This document shows, piece by piece, positions 9,967 through 19,300 of a stretch of DNA of 34,675 nt. The notes below the pieces were generated by a model. The model did not search any database and was not told the DNA's origin. It saw only the letters and a program-made list of their open reading frames with translations. Position 1 is the first letter of the stretch. The number at the start of each line of letters is the position of its first letter. A program made the translations under genes and the position numbers. Source of the stretch: Trichomonas gallinae (Eukaryota). The DNA is taken from positions 1-34,675 of the forward strand of contig MRSU01007661.1 of NCBI GenBank assembly GCA_008369845.1, written 5' to 3'.

Positions 9967-10953
9967 TTATTCAGATAGAATGAAAATGAAAACATATATA
10001 ACAAGAGTGGAATATTGCGTACAACGAATTCTGCATGATTCTGGTGGATAGTTAAGGACAGTGACACGAATGGCACCAGCATTGATGTTGCCAATAGATT
10101 TAGACTTTCGAGGAAGATTAGGAAGTGGCATTTCGTTGTTACCTTGGATCATGACAGTGTCGATGAATATTAGATTGGAGTAGTGGATGCTCGAGTTCGT
10201 TTTACTCGGTGAATTGGAAAATTCATTCTCGAGCGCGATACATCCTGGATGTCCGCTGATGAAACTCGAGCCACCCCCACCCACGCCAGTGTAGTCCATC
10301 GATGCACCACCATAATACCCACCTCCACCTGTCCCACCTCCATCTGTTGTTCCATCACGTGTGTGCGACATGCCAAAACTTCCGTTCACTATTGCAGGGA
10401 CCTTTTCTGGATAGCGAAATATGTAGCCCCCGTGATTTTGGGTGCCACCCCCTGCAATAACATTATTGAATATAGCGCTTCCTCCTTCAAGCCCACCTCC
10501 ATGGCCACCTATATTATCTTTCCATTCAGCAGAGCCACCACCTCCTGCGATCAAAATTCGTGAACGCAGGGAGACTTCATCCCACCAGTTTTCATGATAA
10601 ACTAATCTGACATCAGTTGCACCTCCTGGGAGTTGGCCTTTTTTTGTTCCGTTAGCAGCATTAAAATAACCTCTCTTACCAATATATAAATATAACTTCT
10701 TTGTCTCATTAAATGAGATAATTCCTGAGCTATAACCTCCTAAACCTGGATATGATCCAGAATTAGGTGAACCCCACCAACCAGACGCAGATCCCCATGC
10801 TTCTATGCGATAGAGCCCCGGTGAAAAATCAACGATATATGGGGTGCAATCGAGTTCCGATTTGCATGGATTATAAAATGTGTATGAATGAGGTCGCTCA
10901 ACAACGTTAATTTGGTCTGCAATTGATGAATTTGCAACTTCATAATGAAGCAA
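9967..10953 (-). CDS. Glycine-rich (ALK/LTK glycine-rich-domain-like) surface-family protein; no ATG at the expected start, so either non-AUG initiation or a pseudogene
   Basis: Motifs PGLYRIEAWGS, GLGGYSSG, GGATDVRL, SLRSRILIAGGGGS, GGGGYYGG, GGGGSSFISGHPGC, IHYS, GAIRVT and a hydrophobic C-tail. The frame begins with TTG right after an in-frame TAG; the first ATG is codon 195. Confidence 0.75.
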   Translation of the reverse strand: MLHYEVANSSIADQINVVERPHSYTFYNPCKSELDCTPYIVDFSPGLYRIEAWGSASGWWGSPNSGSYPGLGGYSSGIISFNETKKLYLYIGKRGYFNAANGTKKGQLPGGATDVRLVYHENWWDEVSLRSRILIAGGGGSAEWKDNIGGHGGGLEGGSAIFNNVIAGGGTQNHGGYIFRYPEKVPAIVNGSFGMSHTRDGTTDGGGTGGGGYYGGASMDYTGVGGGGSSFISGHPGCIALENEFSNSPSKTNSSIHYSNLIFIDTVMIQGNNEMPLPNLPRKSKSIGNINAGAIRVTVLNYPPESCRIRCTQYSTLVIYVFIFILSE

Positions 10954-11263
10954 CTAGTGCTGAAAAGTGAATTTGCCTAAAGTTCAAATTCCTATAATTT
11001 TATGATGCTACGATAAGGTTAATTTTATGTAAATTCTATATTGCGTGTCAAATGTCAAAAATCAGATTGTCAGATTCAATATGTGTAATATAATATACCC
11101 TAAGCAACTCAAAAACCTCACTATATATTAACACAATAGAAGACGGGTCTCTACTATATGAGATTATAATTCTAGTTTGGAAAATTTTATATCAAAAATA
11201 AAGTTGGCAAAATAGAGCGATTTTTTATGAATTGAATACATAGAACAGTATAATTTATTGAGT

Positions 11264-11995
11264 TCAGTCTGTTGTGTCCGTTTGAATTTGAAGCTTGTTT
11301 TGATCAGGATTTTCAATTTCATCTTCTGGGATGTTGTCGATTGGTTCATACTGAATTGATGTGTAGAGTCCTGAAATGTAATATAACAAGAAATAAGATA
11401 AAATGGTGATTATTGGAACTTTGACCCAGAAATATGGGATAAGTGTAATGTATGAGATAATAAGATGCGATGCAGTGCCAACAAGATAAAGAATGAAAAC
11501 ATTCTTATCCCAGAATCTGATGAAGAATAATGAAGATGCCATGTGGAAAACAGAAAGGGCATGATATACGAATGCCAATTCTAAGGAAGATGGGAACCAG
11601 GCAGGATGATTTTTAGTAAAATCGATCGAATATGGTTGATCCATGACAATTGGCAAATACATTGTCAGTACATGAGCAAGACCATAGCCGAGGCCGCAGC
11701 ATAAACCGACAGAAATGCGTGTAACTGGAGTTTGCAAGAATTTTAATCTTTTTGCGACGATTGTTAAAATTAATTTACCAAGCGTATCGATCGGACATGA
11801 TATGAATAAGATCAAATAGTAATTTGTGGTAATTAAAGGAGAAAGAGAGCAAGCAATCAATAAGATCGTAGCAACGAAAGCGCAGAACCACGAGAATAAG
11901 ATGTATCTAATGTTATCGTGGAATACGAGATGGCCGACGACTAAAGGTGCTGTAGCGATTAATGCGCATCCAGTATTAAAACTTGTAGTATCCAT
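11264..11995 (-). CDS. APH1: Gamma-secretase subunit Aph-1-like multi-pass membrane protein
   Basis: TM1 GCALIATAP (cf. GCTFVAFGP), TM4 GLCCGLGYG (GxxxGxxxG), conserved intramembrane His in SVFHMASS and ASHLIISYITL. Start placed at the ATG at 11995 (MDTTSF) by homology and the preceding TCATCA; an upstream in-frame ATG exists at 12046. Confidence 0.8.
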   Translation of the reverse strand: MDTTSFNTGCALIATAPLVVGHLVFHDNIRYILFSWFCAFVATILLIACSLSPLITTNYYLILFISCPIDTLGKLILTIVAKRLKFLQTPVTRISVGLCCGLGYGLAHVLTMYLPIVMDQPYSIDFTKNHPAWFPSSLELAFVYHALSVFHMASSLFFIRFWDKNVFILYLVGTASHLIISYITLIPYFWVKVPIITILSYFLLYYISGLYTSIQYEPIDNIPEDEIENPDQNKLQIQTDTTD

Positions 11996-12317
11996 TGATG
12001 ACAAATAAAGGTTTTTGATTCTGACAAATAAAATATTTTCTGACATGTAATGTTAAAATTCAAATTTTTGGGTATATATGGAAATTGCATATTTGTCAAG
12101 CTGGACACTAAATATTGGTATTCAGAGGATGTCCTGCTTCGTTTCCAAGATATTTTAATCAGATGAAATTTTGAAATAGAATATATATTTGGATCTAAAT
12201 TTAATAATATATCCAATAAAATGTGTCATATAGTTGAAAAATAAAACATAAATTGAACAAATTCTAATTTATTTTTTTGATATAAAAACATAAATTGTGT
12301 ATGGTAGCGAATGTTGA

Positions 12318-13094
12318 TTACAAGAACTTCTGGTTGATGCTGGAGTTCGCGCTCTTCCTTGATTTCCTGACTTTTTCAACTGGTCCATCATCAACTGGAT
12401 TAAGAAGGTCAACAGTTTTGACTGGCTCAATGTTATATTTATGGCACATATTATCGCGCAAATCATCCTCCTGTTCAACAATTGAAAACTCTGAGTGCCA
12501 CAATTTAGCGAAGTCTTTAGCTTTGAGAACATCTTCATCCTCTCTTAGCGTTTCGTCATAATAGAAGTAAACTTTGCTCTTAGCTTCTCCTTTGAATGCT
12601 TCGATGATTCCTTGTTCTTCGAGATTCTTTAAATCAGCTTCGGCACCTTCGAATGTTCCTTCAACCAAAGCAGACTTGAGCATGAATTTCTTCTCTCTGA
12701 GAACGTTAATTAAGTCATTTCCTGACTTCGCTTCAACTTCTGATTTAAATTCGTATTTTTCATATGCGAAAGTAACTGACTCATGCTTCTGAAGTGTTTC
12801 TAGGAAAGATTCATCGTTAGCAATCTTAATTTTTAAGTCTTTTTCGATGGTTGTTACAGAACAAGCTGGTTTTCCACTTTCTTTACGCTTTTGGAGATAC
12901 TCTATAATAGCAATTAAGTTGCTTTGTCTAGTAGTCGCTGTATCAAGATTTCTTCTTTCTTGGCTCATAAATCTTAAGGCGCCCATTGGTGCTGAAGCCA
13001 CTTTCTTAGTTTCTTTCCTCTTCTGTTTATGCTCTTTGCTTTTGTTTTTTGTATGCATGGTTGATTTATTGACTAACGCTTCTAAATCATCCAT
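12318..13094 (-). CDS. GTF2E2: General transcription factor TFIIE beta subunit (Tfa2/GTF2E2-like)
   Basis: Ordered motif match to TFIIE-beta: LIAIIEYLQKR (LAKIVNYMKTR), KYEFKS (KYAFKP), KVYFYYD (KILFFND), DFAKLWHS (EFQKLWRS), then a basic C-terminal tail; 258 aa. Confidence 0.75.
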   Translation of the reverse strand: MDDLEALVNKSTMHTKNKSKEHKQKRKETKKVASAPMGALRFMSQERRNLDTATTRQSNLIAIIEYLQKRKESGKPACSVTTIEKDLKIKIANDESFLETLQKHESVTFAYEKYEFKSEVEAKSGNDLINVLREKKFMLKSALVEGTFEGAEADLKNLEEQGIIEAFKGEAKSKVYFYYDETLREDEDVLKAKDFAKLWHSEFSIVEQEDDLRDNMCHKYNIEPVKTVDLLNPVDDGPVEKVRKSRKSANSSINQKFL

Positions 13095-13137
13095 ATTTTT
13101 TGTGGATCCTATATTACCATTTTAGACCCTAACTATA

Positions 13138-13310
13138 CCCTCATCAACTATTTTAGCCCCTTATTATGTTTTTTTTTAAAAAAGTGACGATGAATTTTCA
13201 TTTAGCCCCTCATTAAATATTTTAACCCCTTATTATAAAAAATTTACCAAAAAGTGGGATTGAATTTGACATCCCTCTTTAACTATTTCAGCCCCTTGTT
13301 GAGAAAAGTG
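13138..13310. repeat. Degenerate tandem triplication (66-69 bp period) filling a divergent promoter
   Basis: Unit CCCTCwTyAAmTATTTyArCCCCTTrTT...AAAAGTG begins at 13138, 13207 and 13273. Confidence 0.8.
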
Positions 13311-13326
13311 CTCTAAAACGTGACAA

Positions 13327-16116
13327 ATGAATTTGGATGATTTTGTTAATTTTGGGAAGTCAATACTGGAAAGTACGGATCCTAATCTAGTTCATTATGG
13401 AGTAGAGATAACAGATTTTGATAATTTATTAACAATTATTGAATCATTCAACGAGAAAAACAATTTACAATTAGAATTAGGAATTTTAGCATCACTTCCT
13501 ATATTTCTAACAAACAATGCGAGTATAATCGAACCTGCAAATATTGATTCTCTAATTTCGAAATTACTTCAAAAATTCGAGCAAATACAAAATGATAAAT
13601 GCATCGGAGCCATTTATGAAGTTTTTATCGTATTATCCAATATGAGTAAGAATAGTGTTGATGTTATTTTGGATTATATTAGAAATATAGAAAACAAAAA
13701 TACAAAACTCAAATCTTTCTTATTATTAGCATACATATATGAAATACCAGCCCAATCTGCTGAAGACTCTTTATTATTTTTACAAATTATGGTAAATAAT
13801 TTTGCTCAACTTAAATTAGAGTTCCAAATACAATCTATCACTCAAATATCCTCATTTGCGCTTTCAATAGAAGATTCTTCTGTGTATGTACAACTTATCG
13901 ATTTTTTTTGGAATTTTATATTATCAAACTTGAATTTAGACTATAAAACATTATCATCTGTTGTATATGACTTCGGAAAGTTGTTGCCTAAACTAGAAAT
14001 GAGTGAGTCGGAGCTCAAATCATATATTCCAGAATCATTAAATGAATTCATGCAAAGCTTAGAATCAAATGAAAACAGAATAGAAATAATACCTAGATTA
14101 TTAATTATATCATCACTAATGAATGTTGACATGTTTGCGAACACAATCAAAAACATTTTAGTCGATTTTTCAAAAACATCAGATTTTTTGTTGGATACAA
14201 AATTTTGCGAATATATAAATTCGAGTGAATTTTCTGATGAACATTTATCTGTTTTATGGGACATACTCAGACCTGCTCTAGACGACTCTGAGCTTGCATC
14301 GGCAGCAGTATTTGTTTCAGCAGCATTCTGTGATGCAATAAACAGACAAAACAAATCATTGAGTACTTTTTTGGCATCTAGGATTTCAACATTGCTGAAA
14401 TACGACAACACTGACAAGTCCATGTTGATTTTATCACTCTCAATGATGGATTTGTTGGTTGATTTGGACAAGATGATGATAAAATCTCAGATATTGCCGC
14501 AAATTTTTAAAGTTGCAGATAACGAATTACTTTTTATTTCGCTGAAAAAAACTTTGAAAAAACTGATGAATCATGACAAAATAGAAATAAGAGATGTAGT
14601 TGAATGCATTGCTAATATGGGTGAATTCGATTTGTCGCTGACTCCTCATGTATTTTCCATTCTTGAATACGCAATTTACATCGGTGATAAAGATGCAGTA
14701 ATCATTGCTTCGCGATTAATTTTGTCATATTTGCAGAACGAAAATGCTCCATCAATCATAAGATCGCATGCGATTGGATGTTTGCCAGTATTCGCTAAGT
14801 CTTATTTCCCTGATTTGTTCATTGATATGGTGATGATAGGATGCAACAATTCCTTCAAAATTTTGTTGTCTGAAATCGATTTAGTTTCCATTAGTTCCAT
14901 TTCGAGGTTTTTGGCTTCTGCTGTTGCGATGGAGAAAATCACTGACTATGAAACTTTCGTACTGCCATTCTATAATTTCATTGTTGAAGCAACATCTGTT
15001 TCAACAGAAGATGCAAAATCTTCATCAATTGCTTTAGAATCTGCTTCGATTTTATGCGAAAAAATCGAGAATTTAGAATTTCCATATAATTCATTGTCAG
15101 ACAATATATTGTCTAATAATGAGAGAAGGATATGTGCATCGATTACTGCAGCATCTCATGTAATCAATAGAAGCAGTGCTGAAGTTAACAATCAAATTTT
15201 AGCAGCGATAACAAAAATTTGTTTGACAACGAAGAATGAAAAAATTATCAAAGCAATATTTAACTATTTCATCGAGGTAGTTATTGCCCTCAGCTATCTT
15301 CCCAAAGAAATTGATGAGATAATAATGCTGTCTTTCATAGGAAGATTGCCGTTTTACAATAATGTTCCTTTCTACAGCAGTGACATAAGAGATGTTGATT
15401 TTTATGATTTGTTGAATGAAGTCAATGAAATCAAAAATGAAAAATACGTTCAGTCAATGATCAACGCATTCCACATGACAAACTACATAGAAGAGTTCTC
15501 ATTGTATCTCGTGAGTGCATGCAATAACAATATAGTGCATTTCAATCAGCAAAAACAAATAATTTCAATCGTCATAGAAAATTTGAAATTAAACTCGGAT
15601 GATTCCGATATTATTGATTGCTATATTAAATTATTGGATGCATTATGGACAGCATCTGATAGGACGCTCGAAACACCTCCAATCCTTAATGCAATTTTTG
15701 ATGTTTACAATGAAGGATCAACAGATTTGTCTTCGATCCCTCCTTTTGTATTAAAATTGCTTCCAAAATCTCCACCGAATGGTTTTGACTTCACCGCAGT
15801 ACACTCAATGCTTGATACAATTTTGGCAATGGAGCATGAATATAATTATCCAGAAATCATTCAAAACATCATAGAAATTTACAAGCATAACTTTGCTACA
15901 ATTTTTTCTGACATTGCTGTAGTTCTTGCTTCTTTCATCACTTTACCACAAGAGGAGTTATCTGAAATGGGATTCACCAAGAAATTAATCACAGAAGCTC
16001 AAGAAAGCTTAAGAAGTCTTTTGATAGAAAACGAACCCGTCCGAAGAAACGTTTTTATGTTCTTTTCAGGAAAACCTGACGAAAAACTTATGTTACAAGA
16101 TCTAATAGAGCAATAG
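13327..16116 (+). CDS. Large alpha-helical HEAT/ARM-repeat-like hypothetical protein
   Basis: 929-aa ATG ORF, L/I/S/F-rich amphipathic helices throughout (e.g. IRSHAIGCLPVFA); no diagnostic catalytic motif. The fold call is inference. Confidence 0.7.
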   Translation: MNLDDFVNFGKSILESTDPNLVHYGVEITDFDNLLTIIESFNEKNNLQLELGILASLPIFLTNNASIIEPANIDSLISKLLQKFEQIQNDKCIGAIYEVFIVLSNMSKNSVDVILDYIRNIENKNTKLKSFLLLAYIYEIPAQSAEDSLLFLQIMVNNFAQLKLEFQIQSITQISSFALSIEDSSVYVQLIDFFWNFILSNLNLDYKTLSSVVYDFGKLLPKLEMSESELKSYIPESLNEFMQSLESNENRIEIIPRLLIISSLMNVDMFANTIKNILVDFSKTSDFLLDTKFCEYINSSEFSDEHLSVLWDILRPALDDSELASAAVFVSAAFCDAINRQNKSLSTFLASRISTLLKYDNTDKSMLILSLSMMDLLVDLDKMMIKSQILPQIFKVADNELLFISLKKTLKKLMNHDKIEIRDVVECIANMGEFDLSLTPHVFSILEYAIYIGDKDAVIIASRLILSYLQNENAPSIIRSHAIGCLPVFAKSYFPDLFIDMVMIGCNNSFKILLSEIDLVSISSISRFLASAVAMEKITDYETFVLPFYNFIVEATSVSTEDAKSSSIALESASILCEKIENLEFPYNSLSDNILSNNERRICASITAASHVINRSSAEVNNQILAAITKICLTTKNEKIIKAIFNYFIEVVIALSYLPKEIDEIIMLSFIGRLPFYNNVPFYSSDIRDVDFYDLLNEVNEIKNEKYVQSMINAFHMTNYIEEFSLYLVSACNNNIVHFNQQKQIISIVIENLKLNSDDSDIIDCYIKLLDALWTASDRTLETPPILNAIFDVYNEGSTDLSSIPPFVLKLLPKSPPNGFDFTAVHSMLDTILAMEHEYNYPEIIQNIIEIYKHNFATIFSDIAVVLASFITLPQEELSEMGFTKKLITEAQESLRSLLIENEPVRRNVFMFFSGKPDEKLMLQDLIEQ

Positions 16117-16336
16117 AATAAACTTTGTAATTTTTTACTATTTCTAATATTTACTATTTTTGGAAATTTTAGAGTCGCATTGCTTTCATTTATGCTTCAT
16201 TATTTGATCATTTATAACATGTTTGAAATTAATGCAAAATGCAATGAGTATATTCAAAAAAAAAAAAGTTCTGATAGAGATTTAAATAAAATAAATAATA
16301 TATAATTTACAATAAAACATGATAATATATATAAAA

Positions 16337-19300
16337 TTATGCGAAGTTATCATCAACGTCAATTGCCATATCTTCACCGTTCATTTCTCTTCTGAATGAC
16401 GTGAAGTGCTGAGTTCTGTGGTTCATGTCAAAGAAAGGCTTTGGAGTTTGAATAGAAACCTTATATACATCAATACTCTTCAAGAGAAGTGCGTTGAATG
16501 CGTAGTTCCATTTTCCGTTCTCAGGGGCCATCAACCAGCCGTTGTACTGAGTCGTGAGATTGATTCCGACAGCAGTAGCGAACGAATCTTCGAATCCGAT
16601 CGGATTATCAGTTCCATTGTTTCTCTCTGCCCATTCGAATCCCTCTGCCTTCAATGTTGAAGCGCCCATAACGCATCCACCGACTGGGAAACCGATGACA
16701 ATGTTTGTGAAGTTCAATGGGTCAATGTCTTTGTTCGTTCTCGCTAACTCTGAGATGATCATTGCATCGCGTGGTTCCATGCCAACGTTTTCGCCGACTC
16801 TAGTGTGTATGTATGCGACAGGCTGGAAACCTTGCAAGAAAACGTGCTCTGGTAATTTCATTGCAAATTTGATCGAATCGTTTTCTCCTGTTTGTGGAGG
16901 CATCAGTAAAGCAAACGTTTGTATCAGGTTGTTCTTTTCATTGAAGAGGCCGTACAAAATGCCGCAAACTTGTACATAAGGATCAGCGATTTCGACAAAT
17001 CTGCGATAAACGTTTTCAGGAATGTAAAAATCGAATTTCGGTTTTGTTGTTGGTGGAGGAACCATTAATGTATTCGCTCTCATGACTAAGCCGCGCGCTG
17101 TGAGTGCTCTCGCTCTCCAGTCGTGCTTTGACTTGTACTGAGACTGTTCGTACTGCGAGAATGTTTGCACAACATGTTGATTTCCATCAGCATCGCGTGT
17201 TGAGACAGTGACGGATTTAAGGAGAGATGCATCTTGTTCGTCCTGTTCTTTCGCCATCTTCTGACGCTCTTCTGAAGGTGCAGCGATTTTGACGCCGAGA
17301 ATGATGTCTCTGATTTCGCTCTGTGTAAGTGCGCTTGGAGCGACATTGTTCTTCTGGCAGTAGACTTCAACGACTAAGTCTTTCAGTCTGATTTCGACTT
17401 CAGCCCATTCATCTGGGTTGTGACTTGGCCATAGATGGTTAGGAAGCGTGACAACATTAGCTGTTGGCCTTAAGATATCCCAAGCTTTCATGCGGCTGAC
17501 TAACAAAGCCCTCAAGACGAGCATAAGTCTTCTGAAGGCTGCATGCGATGAAATTGTTTCGAGCCAGTCATCATATAAGTTGTACAAGACCATCTTCGGT
17601 TCTGGTGCGTGAATGACTTCATCAGCTATCTTAGGAATCTTCATGAATGCTGGAAGTGGAAGATCCATGTCAGAGCCTTTGACAGATGTATTGGGGAATT
17701 CTGACAAATACGACTGAACTGGATCAAGCAAAAGCTCTGACGTACAGATGACTTGGCGCGGCTGTTCTTCTGGCGGTAATGTTCTGATGAGCGCGCATGT
17801 TTCTTCGGCTGCCTTCCATTTGGCCAATTGGATTAATCTCTTCTGCTGCTGCCATGCTTTCGTGGTGATGATCTTGAGGAAGAGCTGACCTGTGGCTGGA
17901 TTCATGATGAAGACACCGCCGTTGACAGGTGATGTGGTGTAGTTGCCTTCGAATGTTTTCTGGATTTTGACTCTGTAAACGTGTTTATCTTCGACGATCC
18001 ATGTTGTCTTGTTTCCGAACAGTTCACCGAAATTGGTAGCGTTAAGTGCTGGCTCAGGAATCTCTGACGTGTAGAGCTGTAGAGACTTTTTGACTCTTTC
18101 TCTCATGACTGCAATACTTGGATTGAACTGCATGACATGCTTCATCACTTTATCGATCAATTCTTGGAGGCCAGGGATCCATGTTCCGAAGGCTGTCCAC
18201 TCATTGTAGCAAAGATCGATGCCGACCAAAATGCCTGTGCTAGATGGATACATGGATTGTGTGCCTGATGTGTATGAGTAGAAAAGTGATCTCGTGTATC
18301 TCTCGATATCATGTGCATCATAGTCGCCCCATCTTAACTGTACATCGACCCAGAATCTCGTTGTCTGGAAGTCTGTGTGGAATGGCTTGTTGTCGTTGAC
18401 GAAGCATGGCTCTGTTGACGGCCACTTGTTCTGGGAGACCATGATCAAATCGGCGCACGATGAGTTTATCTTGTACGATTTTCTCGGATGAATTGTTTCC
18501 TTTGTGACGTAGTCGATCTGTAGCTGTGTCAAATGCGAGTCAAGCATCTGCATGATATCCATGACGATGCTTTCGTGTGTCTTTTGCCACATGTGGCCTC
18601 TGAACAGCTGAATCATTGAGACTTTCAACGAAGGAATCTTGCCGTGCATGAAAATTCCTGTGAGATCAAGTTGCACCTGGAAACCGACGTAGACATTTGC
18701 TCTGTTGATAGTTGGTGACCACCACAATGTGTATCTCCTGTTTGGAACCTGGCTCATACCCATTCTCTGGGCGTTTGTCAGCTTTCTGTATTTCAGCGCT
18801 TCTTCGAAACCAGTTGTATTGTCCCAGAACAAACCTTCCCAGCTCTTGTATCCTGTTGCTTTGAAAATCGTGTGCGTCAAAATGCCTTCGACGCCTCCGA
18901 GAGCTTGGATGACATCTGCTCTGTAGTCTCTCAAGTTCCACAATTTGCCATCGTGATGGTGATGTGTCCATCTGAATGGATTCGTCTTGTAAAGCGAGTA
19001 TTTCTTGAAATAGAGTCTTGACCTCCATCCTTTGTCGTAAGCCAGTGTGTGTCTGTCTCTCTGGAACAAAACGTTGATGCGTGGGATGCCTCTGTCCCAA
19101 AGAGAGTCCAAGTCTTCGATGGTCAATCTCTTGTTCAACGCGCCGGCTTCTTTTCTCATTGCCGTGTAGTGCTGCCAGACTCTCTTGCTGTCTTGGATTT
19201 CTCCCTCCCAGCTCTGCACATACCTGTACAATGCTGGAATGAAATTCTCTTCTGGATGATTCATACCTGCTCTGAAATGAGTAGGATCTGTCATTGTCTG

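Noticed and set aside
10954..10956. Reassigned stop codons (alternative genetic code) explaining the in-frame stops before the surface genes
   Set aside because: TAA, TAG and TGA each terminate ORFs in this window, the conserved genes contain no internal stops, and reading through these stops reaches no nearby in-frame ATG.
18800..18830. Possible PRP8 intein
   Set aside because: The protein is normal length (2321 aa) and runs uninterrupted through the usual LFW...GFEE insertion site; no intein or homing-endonuclease motifs were seen.
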